Shown in pieces: positions 1-8,724 of a stretch of DNA of 35,115 nt. Both the position numbers and the translations under genes were made by a program. The notes under the pieces were generated by a model. The model did not search any database, was not told the DNA's origin, and worked only from the letters and a program-made list of their open reading frames with translations. The DNA lies in IMG/VR virus record IMGVR_UViG_3300044667_000048, positions 1 to 35,115 of that record. The stretch is one strand, 5' to 3'. Source of the stretch: a virus. Its lineage: Duplodnaviria; Caudoviricetes. How positions within the stretch are numbered: position 1 is the stretch's first letter; each line of letters starts with the position of its first letter.

Positions 1-620
1 GCCAGACGACAGCGCCGACGCACCCGAATAGGCGTAACCCTGGTCTAGCGGCTGGCTGCCCTCGACCAGCCCGCCAGGCGGCTTCGGCTTGAGCGGCTGG
101 TTTCCCTCCACAAAGCCCGGCTTGGGCTTGGCCTTGCCCTTCGGCTTGGGGCCAGAGCCTGCGATCATTCCCGGCTCGTCAGCCCCCTTCTTGCCAGTCG
201 CGCTCTGTGCCGCCGCTACCGCCTTCGACAGGCCCTGCACGGCCCCCGACAGGCCGTCCACGCTGCCGGCCACGGTCGAGGACATGTCCGCCACGCCTGA
301 GCCGAGCAGGTCCATCGTGTCGCCGATGATCCGCGATCCGGCCAGCCACGACTGGTCGAGCTGGGCCGCGCTCGCCCCGACCTTGCCGATTGACGAGGTG
401 AGACTGCCCGCCTGCCCCATCGTGGACTGCAGAGAGCCCATGACCGCCTGCAGCCCGCCGGCCACCTGCATGCCGGATCCGTCGATCGTGACCGACAGGT
501 CCGACAGGGAGCGGGCGGCCTCGCGGTTGTTGAGTTGGAGGCCGAAGTCGTTCGCCACCCGTGCCAAGAGGTCGATCGCCCTGGACCTGTAGCGCTGCTC
601 GTACGGGATGAACGCCTCGG
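1..620. repeat. Near-identical direct repeat of the TMP 3' region (partner 16912-17498)
   Basis: Position 1 aligns to 16912. One 33-bp insertion at 262-294. Further near-identical blocks at about 2330-2830 vs 18875-19390 and about 3330-3625 vs 19880-20170. Confidence 0.95.
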
Positions 621-3600
621 TCGCTCCGGTGCCGCTGCTGCCCTCGCCATACAGGACGGTGGGCTTGGAGACCATGTGCGGCGGTTGTGGACGAGTCCCG
701 CCCGCCGCCATCCTCGCGATCCCGCCCTGCGCGTACCGCATGATCGCGCCCGTTGCGGCCTTCAGATCGTCCTGCTTGGCGATGTTCCGGCGCCGCTCGA
801 CGATGTCCGCGATGACCGTTGACTTGACGACCTTTCCGTCCAGGGCGGCGAGCTTCCTCTCATACTCCTTGATCAGCGCGAGCGCTTCCTTGCCGCCCGG
901 CGTCTTGACCTCGGAGTTCACGTTCTCGGGGATGAGCCCGAGCGCCGTGGCGAGGTTGTTCGCCTGCTGCTTGGAGAAGCCCATCTTCTCGGCGAGCGTC
1001 ACGAACGATTCCCGTTGTGCGCCGACCTTCCGGGTCACCTCGTCGAGCGGCGTACCCTGCTCAATCAGCGCCTTCTTGTACGCATTCGCGGAGTCGGCGA
1101 GGCGGATCAGCGCCTCTCTGTTCGCGCGGCCCTTCTCCGTGTTGGTGCTGGTCGCCTGCCCGTTTTCCTTGACCGCCTTGCCTGTCTCGTCGACCGCCCT
1201 CTTGTAGGCGATCTCGGCCGACATGGCGTTGGCCGTCAGCCCGGTCAACTGGTCGATCGCACTGCGTAGCGTGGCCACGTTCCCGGCCGCCGTCGACGCC
1301 GCCGACCCCAGGTCGTGGAGCGCGTCACCGGTCGGTTTCGTCGACTGCTGTGCCGCCGACACCGCGCCTGAATAGCCAGGCAGCAGGCCCTTCAGCTTGT
1401 CCACCTGGTCGCCGGACAGCCCAGCCTCGTGGGCGAGCTCGTTGAACAAGCGAGCCGCCTGCTCGCTGTTGCCCGACTGCACCATCTGCGTCAGCGTCTT
1501 GTCGAAGTTCTCCAGCCGCTGCTTGCCCGTGTCGATCGAATAGAACGAAGGGACCATGCCGGAGATGTTCTTGCTGAGCTGCGCGAACGGGTTGTCGGAG
1601 TTGAGCCGGGAAACAGTCGAGCCCAGCGACTCAAACTGGCCGATTGTCGGGGCGAACCATACCGAGCTGCTAGCCATGTCACCGGCCAGCGTGTCGAGGT
1701 TGGAGCCGAACTTGTTGAGCAGCGCCGGTGCTGCGGACCCCTTCTGTGAGAGCTGGACCATCTGCTTGGCGAGTGCGTCAATGTCGGGGTTCAGGCCGGC
1801 GAGCTCGTCGCCGAGACTGTTCGCCGCGACGGCAGCAGCAGCCAAGACCGCGGCCATGCCGCCCGCCTTGAGCGTCCCCGCGAGGCCGGAAAACGTTCCC
1901 TTGGCGCCGTCCGCCGCCTTGCCCGCCTTGTCGAGACTGCCGGACAGGCCCTGCCACCACCCGACCGCGCTCGAAACGGCCTGGTAGCCCTTCACCGCGG
2001 TAACGGTCGCAGCGATGGCGATTGCCAGCGCCTGGATCTGGCCGGGGCTCATCTTTGACAGCACATCTGCCAGCAGGACCAGACCCCCGAGCTGGATGCT
2101 CGTGCCCAACTTTGCAGCAGCAAAGACCAGACCGACGCCCTTGGCGATCGCCTCAATCTGGGCCGCGTCCATCCCCGCCAGCTTGCCCGACAGGGTGACG
2201 AGGAAGTCCAGGACGCCGGGACCTATGTCCCCACCGGCCTGGGCCACCTTGCCGACGAACCTGGCGATGTTGCCCAGGACTTCGGCCACCTTCGGCCCTT
2301 GTTCGGCCGCGTAGGCCAGGAAGTCGTGGAACTCGGGCGAGTTCTTCAGGTCCTGACCCCACTCGGAGAACGCCAGACTGGCCCGCTCGATACCGCCCAC
2401 GATTGTGGGTGTGAACGGCAGGAAAGCGTCGATGACGCCGGCGACCCCGGTTGAGACGTTGATGAACGAGTTGCCCAGGCCGGTCATCGCCCCTGGGATC
2501 TGGGTGTTGATGTTGGTCAGGAACTGCTGCCAGAACGGGCCGGTCAAAGCGGTCTCGGCGTTCTTGCCGAAGGTCAGCAGTCCGGCGCTGGCGCTTTTGG
2601 CGAGGGGGGTGGCCTCCTGTAGGCCCACACGCATCAGCCGAAGGCCCTGGTCGATGACCGGGAACACGTCCGGCTCCAGGGCGCGCTGCCACTTGATGTA
2701 CTCGTCCTTGAAGCTCTTGATGTTCTTGGCGAGCGCGATCTCCTGCTTGTTCAGATCAGCGAAAGCGTCCCTGGCCTTGGCCGCGCCACCGCCGCCGGCC
2801 ATAGCCTGCTGCTGCTGCAGATGGGCGAGCTTGAGCTGCTGCGCGGCCTGCGCGGCAGCGAGTTCGGCCTGCCGAAGCTTGTCCTGGGCCCGTTCGTACT
2901 CCTCGGTGCCCTTGACTCCTTCACGGTTGGCCTCTGCCGTGTCCTTCTTCGCCCGTGCGGTCTTGACCTCCTGCTCGCGTGCCCGCTCGTGCGCCATGTC
3001 GACGTTGAGCATGGCCCGTTCGAGGTCCAGGTCGGAGGCATCACCCTTCGATCGGAGCTCGGCGAGACGAGCCTCAGCCTCGCGCACGGCCAGCTCAGCG
3101 TCCCTCTGGCTCAGAACGCTGCGTTCAAGGCTGAAATTCATGTCCTCCAGCGCGCGACGGCCGGCCTCGACCGCCCGAGTCAGGTCCTCTTGGGCCTGCT
3201 TGCGGTCCTGCTGGGCCTGCTTGAGCCGGTTCTCGGCCTGCTCTAGCTGCATCGCCTGCTGAGCCGCCTGAGCGGCGCTGCGGCCCGCCCCACCTGTAGC
3301 GCCACCAGCCGCGTTGGCAGCAGCCTCCTGAGCCTTGAGCGCCGTGTTGATGCGGCCAAGGGCAGGAATCGCCACCGCGCCGAAAGCCGCAGCTCCAGCC
3401 CCCGCCGCGGCGAACGCTCCGCCGAGCGCGGTCACGCCGACGGCGATCGTCGTCACCGCAGGCAGGGACGCGAGAGCCGCGCCCACGAGGGCGATGCTTC
3501 GCAGCGCGCCGGCTACGTCGGCATTGACGTCGACTCGGGCGTCCTTACCGTTGAGCTTGGACACCTCAGCGTCCACAGCACGCAGTTCAGCGAGAGCGGC

Positions 3601-3972
3601 GCCGATGTCGGCCTTGACGTCAAGGGTTGCGGACTGGCCCTGCAGCTTCTCCAGCTCCCGCTCGATCTCCTGCAACTGCAACTGAGCCGACGCCGCGTCT
3701 ATGTCGATGCCGATCTTCTTGCTCGCCAGCTTCTCCATCTCCGCCCGAAGCTGCGCGAACTTGATCTCGGCAGGGCTCGAATCGGCGTCTATCTGAATCT
3801 TCGGCAACGCCTTAGTGGCAGCTTCCAGCCGCCGGCGGAACTGGTCGGCATAGGCGCCCGTCTGCACCATCTGCCGCGACAGGTCCTCAGTGCTCTGCTT
3901 GGCCTTCCCCATACCCGCGACGAACCCCGAGACGTTCGCCCGCAGATTGATGCTCACACTCCGGTCAGCCAT
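1..3972 (-). CDS. Satellite tape measure protein, 3'-truncated by the window edge (>=1324 aa; about 1396 aa if it ends like the phage copy)
   Basis: Manual translation from ATG 3972 (RBS GGGGAGG) gives MADRSVSINLRANVSGFVAGMGKAK, homologous to 16693..20520. The same frame at position 1 reads PLDQGYAYSGASALSSG, identical to the phage TMP. Absent from the ORF track, consistent with no stop in the window. Confidence 0.93.
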   Translation of the reverse strand, partial: MADRSVSINLRANVSGFVAGMGKAKQSTEDLSRQMVQTGAYADQFRRRLEAATKALPKIQIDADSSPAEIKFAQLRAEMEKLASKKIGIDIDAASAQLQLQEIERELEKLQGQSATLDVKADIGAALAELRAVDAEVSKLNGKDARVDVNADVAGALRSIALVGAALASLPAVTTIAVGVTALGGAFAAAGAGAAAFGAVAIPALGRINTALKAQEAAANAAGGATGGAGRSAAQAAQQAMQLEQAENRLKQAQQDRKQAQEDLTRAVEAGRRALEDMNFSLERSVLSQRDAELAVREAEARLAELRSKGDASDLDLERAMLNVDMAHERAREQEVKTARAKKDTAEANREGVKGTEEYERAQDKLRQAELAAAQAAQQLKLAHLQQQQAMAGGGGAAKARDAFADLNKQEIALAKNIKSFKDEYIKWQRALEPDVFPVIDQGLRLMRVGLQEATPLAKSASAGLLTFGKNAETALTGPFWQQFLTNINTQIPGAMTGLGNSFINVSTGVAGVIDAFLPFTPTIVGGIERASLAFSEWGQDLKNSPEFHDFLAYAAEQGPKVAEVLGNIARFVGKVAQAGGDIGPGVLDFLVTLSGKLAGMDAAQIEAIAKGVGLVFAAAKLGTSIQLGGLVLLADVLSKMSPGQIQALAIAIAATVTAVKGYQAVSSAVGWWQGLSGSLDKAGKAADGAKGTFSGLAGTLKAGGMAAVLAAAAVAANSLGDELAGLNPDIDALAKQMVQLSQKGSAAPALLNKFGSNLDTLAGDMASSSVWFAPTIGQFESLGSTVSRLNSDNPFAQLSKNISGMVPSFYSIDTGKQRLENFDKTLTQMVQSGNSEQAARLFNELAHEAGLSGDQVDKLKGLLPGYSGAVSAAQQSTKPTGDALHDLGSAASTAAGNVATLRSAIDQLTGLTANAMSAEIAYKRAVDETGKAVKENGQATSTNTEKGRANREALIRLADSANAYKKALIEQGTPLDEVTRKVGAQRESFVTLAEKMGFSKQQANNLATALGLIPENVNSEVKTPGGKEALALIKEYERKLAALDGKVVKSTVIADIVERRRNIAKQDDLKAATGAIMRYAQGGIARMAAGGTRPQPPHMVSKPTVLYGEGSSGTGATEAFIPYEQRYRSRAIDLLARVANDFGLQLNNREAARSLSDLSVTIDGSGMQVAGGLQAVMGSLQSTMGQAGSLTSSIGKVGASAAQLDQSWLAGSRIIGDTMDLLGSGVADMSSTVAGSVDGLSGAVQGLSKAVAAAQSATGKKGADEPGMIAGSGPKPKGKAKPKPGFVEGNQPLKPKPPGGLVEGSQPLDQGYAYSGASALSSG

Positions 3973-4228
3973 GGATGCCGCCCTCCCCGAGCTGGGCGGC
4001 CATCTCCGCCTCGACCTCAGCCACGGACACCCCGCACCGTTCAGCCAGCGCCGCCACCGGCAACTCCCTCAGCCGGTCAAGCACATCCACCAGCGCGACC
4101 GCCGAGGCCGGCAGCGACGCCCGCCACTGCTTCAGCATCTCGAACCACACGCCGAGCTCACGATCGCTCAACTCCTCGACCGCCTCCCAAGCGCGCTCCC
4201 GCGCTCGCTCCGCCTGTCCCCTACTCAC
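3965..4228 (-). CDS. Hypothetical helical protein (87 aa) overlapping the TMP start
   Basis: ORF track; overlaps both neighbours by 8 nt, which suggests translational coupling. Confidence 0.65.
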   Translation of the reverse strand: MSRGQAERARERAWEAVEELSDRELGVWFEMLKQWRASLPASAVALVDVLDRLRELPVAALAERCGVSVAEVEAEMAAQLGEGGIHG

Positions 4229-4529
4229 AAGATCCCCTCCCGAATGCGCCCCTCAGGGCCTCCCACAGCGCCTCACGCGCCGCCGCCGCGTCCCCGGCCT
4301 CCAGCGAGGCCACACCGGGCCCCAAACCGTCCACCAGAGCCGCCAGACGCTCGAAATCAGCCGCCGAACCAACCCCGGCAGCCACCGCGCGAGCCCCGAG
4401 CGCGCGAAGCTGATCCGCCTCATGCACCAGCCGACACCTGAGCACCAGTCCGTCCACCTTCCGGCCCGCTTCCAGGTCCTCAAGCGCACGCGCGAACACC
4501 ACAACCGGGCCGCCGTCAGTCGAAAACAT
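4221..4529 (-). CDS. Hypothetical protein (102 aa)
   Basis: ORF track; GAGGA RBS; overlaps the end of terS. Confidence 0.6.
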   Translation of the reverse strand: MFSTDGGPVVVFARALEDLEAGRKVDGLVLRCRLVHEADQLRALGARAVAAGVGSAADFERLAALVDGLGPGVASLEAGDAAAAREALWEALRGAFGRGSCE

Positions 4530-4995
4530 CGCCGTCCTCGTCCTCCACAGGAGCCACCAGCCGCGACGCGGACGCCGGCGACAGCCCCAGCTCGCCCATC
4601 AACGACCGCCAATGCGCCCGGTACTGGTTGAGCAGCGTCGAATGCGGGTTCTTCACCCACCCGCGCTCCGTCTGCACCACGAGCCCGTCACGCGAAATCG
4701 CCCGCTCGCACTGCCGAATACGTGCCGTCGTCACGCAGAAGTCCGCGAGGCAGTCCTGCTGCGCGACCGTCAGCCCGGCGCACCGCACCAGCACGTCAGC
4801 CGTACGCGCCCACACCTCCGCGCAGTCCTGGCGAACCCGCTCCTCGTCCACGGCCGCGCCCGGTAGCCGATCCGACCAGTCCGGGGCGACCAGCGTGGAC
4901 GGTGGCAGCACCAGGCCGGGAGACAGCGCCTTGTGACCCGGGTTCCCCTCCCGCACCGCGGCAAGGTACGGCTTCGGCTTCGGACCCGGCTTCAA
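4516..4995 (-). CDS. terS: Satellite terminase small subunit, P27 family (159 aa, TTG start)
   Basis: KPGPKPKP..EGNPGHK N-terminus and KNPH..LxxELGLSPASASRL C-terminal motif. GGAG RBS lies before TTG at 4995. Confidence 0.88.
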   Translation of the reverse strand: MKPGPKPKPYLAAVREGNPGHKALSPGLVLPPSTLVAPDWSDRLPGAAVDEERVRQDCAEVWARTADVLVRCAGLTVAQQDCLADFCVTTARIRQCERAISRDGLVVQTERGWVKNPHSTLLNQYRAHWRSLMGELGLSPASASRLVAPVEDEDGDVFD

Positions 4996-5036
4996 GATCG
5001 CTCCACAAGAATCGCCGAACCCCCGCCACCGCCCGA

Positions 5037-5053
5037 CGATCTCCCCCGCGGTC
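5037..5053. other. Second cos-like core (17-bp repeat of 5152-5168)
   Basis: CGATCTCCCCCGCGGTC occurs at 5037 and 5152, immediately upstream of the satellite terS. Confidence 0.6.
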
Positions 5054-5122
5054 TCCACTTGGCCTCTGAGGGGGTCCCGCCCCGGGTGGGGGGTGGGCTG
5101 AGATGTCCTCGCGCGCGTGCGT

Positions 5123-5169
5123 GGGAAGGTCTCAGGTCCTTGGACTGCGAGCGATCTCCCCCGCGGTCC
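5123..5169. other. Putative packaging (cos) site shared with the helper phage
   Basis: Ungapped 40/47 match to 31169-31215, which lies between the phage HNH and terS. Confidence 0.75.
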
Positions 5170-5519
5170 CGGTTGGGGTCTGGGCTTGGGGCCCTACCCA
5201 CCCTGGGGGTGGCATCAGGGCGCGACGCTATGCCAACGGCCATGCCACCATGCCCTTCCCAACGTCGACTTGAAGGGGGGACGGGCTGTGAAGACCATGG
5301 CCTCGACCACGTTGGATGGCATCTGGTGCTGCTCGACCGGGTTCCACCTTGGCTACCTGGAGTACCTGGGTTCGGACCTGGACTCTCTGTTGCCGGCGCA
5401 TGTGTACCGCTGCTTGTTGCATGACGAGCTGGTGGAGTTCGCAGCTCGGTAGGTGGTGCGCAGGCCGGGGCAGTGCAGGAGGTAGAGCCTGCCCCGGCCT
5501 GGATCTTGGTGGCCATGGG

Positions 5520-6308
5520 CTAGAACCCCACGGCCTTGTAGTGGCCTGGCCCGTTGGCGATGGCTTCGGCTACTGCTCTGGCCTGCTCGTCGGGTGTCGG
5601 CATCCACGGTTGGGCGCCTCGCTCGGCCCACATGATGAGCGTCTGTCTGGTGGTGAGTCCGTGCCAGGGGACGCGCGCCATGGCCATGCGACTGGGGGCG
5701 AGTTCGTCGCGGTTGCGGAGTGTGGCGTATCGGTCGCCTGGGTCTTCGGGGCAGCGGATGCCGATGGCCCACAACGCTTGCCGGCCTGCCCGGATGGTGC
5801 CGTAGGTCTCGGCGAGCTGGTCGAGGTCGTCCGATGCCTTGCGCACCTTGGCGGGGGCGGACAGGAGGCGGCGGGGTTCGTTGTCGCCGTGCTTGGCCAG
5901 GGTGGCGCACGCGTCCTGTATGGCCTGCCACGTCTTGTCGAGGGCGGGCGCGAGGTGGCCGGTGATGATGTCGAGGGCGCGTTCGCGGATGCAGCCTTGT
6001 ACGCGACGGGCGGCGATCTCCTGGGCGAGCGCGAGGAGTTCGATGGTGTCTTCGCGGATGCGTTCCTGAGCGCGGGCCTGCTCGATCTGGGCGGGGTCGG
6101 GGAGTGGCTGGCCGGCGTAGAGGGCGTCTACGGTGGCGGTGGCTAGTTCTCCGGTGATCTGCCAGGAGGAGCGGGGCGGGACGGGCCATGGTTCGGCGAG
6201 GAGTTCGGCGTGTACGTCGCGGAGCTTCAGGAGCTCGTCGGGCAGCGTGTAGGCGCCTTGGGCCTGGCCGTGGAACAGGTCGGGGCAGGGGAGGCTGGTC
6301 TCAGGCAT
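5520..6308 (-). CDS. Hypothetical protein (262 aa)
   Basis: ORF track; GAGGAG RBS; protein-like composition; no family recognised. Confidence 0.85.
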   Translation of the reverse strand: MPETSLPCPDLFHGQAQGAYTLPDELLKLRDVHAELLAEPWPVPPRSSWQITGELATATVDALYAGQPLPDPAQIEQARAQERIREDTIELLALAQEIAARRVQGCIRERALDIITGHLAPALDKTWQAIQDACATLAKHGDNEPRRLLSAPAKVRKASDDLDQLAETYGTIRAGRQALWAIGIRCPEDPGDRYATLRNRDELAPSRMAMARVPWHGLTTRQTLIMWAERGAQPWMPTPDEQARAVAEAIANGPGHYKAVGF

Positions 6309-6444
6309 CGGGGGTCTCCTCGCCGGCCTCGACGTCGGTGGCGGCCTCGGATGTGCGGGCCTGCCGGTACAGCTCTGCTCGTATGGCGGTGCGCTGCTGG
6401 GGCGCTTGTTCGGCCATGTCGCGGATGAGCTGGTTCATGTCCAC
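6301..6444 (-). CDS. Small hypothetical protein (47 aa, MDMNQLIRDMAEQ...)
   Basis: Manual translation; AGGAG RBS before GTG; fills the gap and overlaps the next start. Confidence 0.6.
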   Translation of the reverse strand: MDMNQLIRDMAEQAPQQRTAIRAELYRQARTSEAATDVEAGEETPDA

Positions 6445-6453
6445 GCGCGTCTC

Positions 6454-6867
6454 CTACGCTGCTCGGCTGGCCCGGAAGTGCTCCAGGTCCTCTCTGGTGA
6501 TCTGCCATCGGCCGTTGATCTGCTCGGCAGGGAGGCGCCCCTCTGCGATTGCTTTGACTACGCCTCGGGGCGTCATGTCGAGCAGGTCAGCGGCGTCCCT
6601 GGTGGTCACCTGAGGAGAGGATGGGGCTAGTTCCGGTTGGTTCCGGCTATCGGTTCCGGTCGCGGAACTTCGCCATGCGGCGGCGGCGAGCCTGAGCGCG
6701 GTGAGGACGGCGTCGACTTCGGGGTCTTGGCCGCGGCGTTCGATGCGGAGGCGGGTGAGGTCTGCGTGTCGTTCGAGCCAGGCGGCGACCCGGCCGGGCA
6801 CGACGACGGCGGGCGCTCCGATGCCGTGGACGTAGTGCTCGGCGGGTCGCGGCGGCTGATGCTTCAT
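6454..6867 (-). CDS. Excisionase-like HTH (HTH_17) domain protein (137 aa)
   Basis: C-terminal VTTRDAADLLDMTPRGVVKAIAEGRLPAEQINGRWQITREDL. Confidence 0.85.
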   Translation of the reverse strand: MKHQPPRPAEHYVHGIGAPAVVVPGRVAAWLERHADLTRLRIERRGQDPEVDAVLTALRLAAAAWRSSATGTDSRNQPELAPSSPQVTTRDAADLLDMTPRGVVKAIAEGRLPAEQINGRWQITREDLEHFRASRAA

Positions 6868-7040
6868 GGCCTGGCGCTCACAGGGGGGCCGTCCATGGCC
6901 TGTCGTGACCAGACCGGAATCAGGCGACTGTCATGACCTACTCGCGGGCGCACCTTCATGGGTCCGCCGGCGTAGGGCGCCTTGATGGGTCCATGAGGGT
7001 GCGCCGACGTACCGGGGGCCCATGAGGTTCCTCTGGTCAT
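6864..7040 (-). CDS. Small hypothetical protein (58 aa)
   Basis: ATGA overlaps at both ends, with 7037 and 6867. Confidence 0.5.
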   Translation of the reverse strand: MTRGTSWAPGTSAHPHGPIKAPYAGGPMKVRPRVGHDSRLIPVWSRQAMDGPPVSARP

Positions 7041-7480
7041 AGCGTTCCCCTGGGGGGAACCGTGGGCGTGGTGCCCACGGTTGAGATGTCGTGGTTGATC
7101 AGGACGCCGATGTACTGGCCTTCCTCGTCGAGGTAGCCCTGTTGGACCTCGACGCCCACTCGCACCTTGACCTTGTCCGTCATGACGTCGTCCACGAGCT
7201 TGGCCATCTGCCGTATCGCCCAGGTGATGGCGTGGGCGTCGGCGGAGGTGATCGGGCGGGTGAAGACGTCGAGTAGAAGCGCCTGGTGGACGAGGTCGAG
7301 GCCCTTGATGATCTGCCCGTAGCCGCGGGCGAGCCGGTCGGCACAGTCGGGGCACGTCCATTGGTCGCCATCGGTGAACGCGGCCACTGCATGGATCTCG
7401 TACGTCTCGTGGCAGCGCCAGCATTCGCCGTCTGCCGGCCCGGAGAACAGGGTCAGCTCAACCCGGACGGGTACGGTCAT
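7037..7480 (-). CDS. Zn-ribbon hypothetical protein (147 aa)
   Basis: AGGAGG RBS before ATG 7480; CWRC...CPDC motifs. Confidence 0.8.
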   Translation of the reverse strand: MTVPVRVELTLFSGPADGECWRCHETYEIHAVAAFTDGDQWTCPDCADRLARGYGQIIKGLDLVHQALLLDVFTRPITSADAHAITWAIRQMAKLVDDVMTDKVKVRVGVEVQQGYLDEEGQYIGVLINHDISTVGTTPTVPPRGTL

Positions 7481-7494
7481 CGTTCCTCCTTTGG

Positions 7495-7670
7495 AGGGGG
7501 TAGCGTCCGAAAGCGTCCAAGTGTCCGCAGATCGCTTTGACCTGCAGAAACGAGGGGACGGCTCTATTTCGCTGGACGGTTCAAAGCGTCCGGACGTTTT
7601 GATCTGTCCGGCCGTTTTCACTGGTCAGACCCCTTGTCGGACTCTTGGACGGTTCCGGACGCTAGGTACC
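7495..7670. repeat. Putative satellite replication origin (GTCC/GGAC iterons)
   Basis: AAAGCGTCC at 7510 and 7583, TGGACGGTTC at 7573 and 7646, and the inverted pair TAGCGTCCG 7501 / CGGACGCTA 7656, all at the 3' end of the replication gene. Confidence 0.65.
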
Positions 7671-8724
7671 TGGCGAACGCGTCTTGGAAGTGGATGAGCT
7701 GGTATCCGCGAGCGGTCTTGGCCTGGTTGTGTCCGGGCTTCACCCCGTACGGCCGGAGCTTGTCCGACAGGCCGCGAGGGGTCAGCTCAAAGTCCTTCCA
7801 TGGCGACTCCTCGATCTTGTGGAGGCGGGCGAGGAGTTCTTGAGAGGTGAGGAAGGACACCCCGGACAGGTCGGCGAAGATGTCCCGGATGTCGCCTAGG
7901 AGCTTCATTCCGAGAGACGCCTCCGCGTCTGCTTCGCTCTCCGCCGTGACGAGCTTCAGGGCGGCCAGGCGAGCGCGCCGTGGCCACTCGCCGCCTGCCA
8001 GGTCGGCAATGGCGATGAGCGGTTCCCATGTGTCCGCTGCCCGGTCCTCCACGGGCATGTCCGGCTCGGCCTTGGTGAGCCGGTCGAGGTAGCCAGCGGC
8101 CCACTGTCCGAGTCGGGCGCGCAGTTCGCCCAGCGGTACACCGTCCCGGCGGCGCCGGTACGGCTTCACCGTCTCGCCAGGGCCCCGGCGGCGCATCCGG
8201 ACCACCACGGAGCGGTCCATGATGGTGTCCGGCATGTCTCCGATGCCGGCCAGCGCCGCCATGGAGAACGTCGGGCACTCCTCAGCCATCCGCGCTGTGG
8301 CATCCCACCGGATGTACGGCCGGTTGCGCTGGTGGCCAGCGTTGATGATGCCCCGCAGGTCCTCGTTCTGGTCGGCGGCCTTCTTTCCGAAGATCGTGTC
8401 CGCCTCGTCCACAAGCAGCGTGGGAGGCTTGGCACCGATCGACCGGACCAAGGCGGCCGCCGAGATGTTCACCGTAATGAGCGGCTTGTGACACGTCGCC
8501 TCGATCACGTCGAGCAGACGACTCTTGCCGCACCGCTTCTCCGGTGCCGTGATGACCAGCCGCGTGGCGTGCTCCCACGCATCTTGCGCGTGGGTGGCAG
8601 CAGTCCACAGCGTCACCGCGTCCGCCGCGTAGGCGTTCGGCATGATGACGTACTTCAGGAGGACAGCGTGGAGTTCGTCGAGCAGGACTGCCCCGGACTC
8701 GTCACTGACCAGACGCAAGCTCAC
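7618..8724 (-). CDS. DUF3631-type P-loop replication protein (putative helicase)
   Basis: APEKRCGKS Walker A, LLVDEAD Walker B, DRAADTWEPLIAIAD motif; follows prim-pol. Confidence 0.88.
   Translation of the reverse strand: MSLRLVSDESGAVLLDELHAVLLKYVIMPNAYAADAVTLWTAATHAQDAWEHATRLVITAPEKRCGKSRLLDVIEATCHKPLITVNISAAALVRSIGAKPPTLLVDEADTIFGKKAADQNEDLRGIINAGHQRNRPYIRWDATARMAEECPTFSMAALAGIGDMPDTIMDRSVVVRMRRRGPGETVKPYRRRRDGVPLGELRARLGQWAAGYLDRLTKAEPDMPVEDRAADTWEPLIAIADLAGGEWPRRARLAALKLVTAESEADAEASLGMKLLGDIRDIFADLSGVSFLTSQELLARLHKIEESPWKDFELTPRGLSDKLRPYGVKPGHNQAKTARGYQLIHFQDAFARYLASGTVQESDKGSDQ

Noticed and set aside
89-3685. Many plus-strand ORFs (e.g. 89..592, 608..1207, 2405..3262)
   Set aside because: Antisense shadows of the minus-strand satellite TMP, typical of high-GC DNA, with Ser/Arg/Pro-rich nonsense composition.
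4996-5058. N-terminal extension of terS in the ORF track
   Set aside because: Runs through the cos-like repeat; the family-like sequence and the RBS begin at TTG 4995.
5228-5516. Possible gene or HNH remnant before the satellite cos region
   Set aside because: Three frames are partly open, but none has an HNH motif, a clear RBS or convincing composition; left unassigned.
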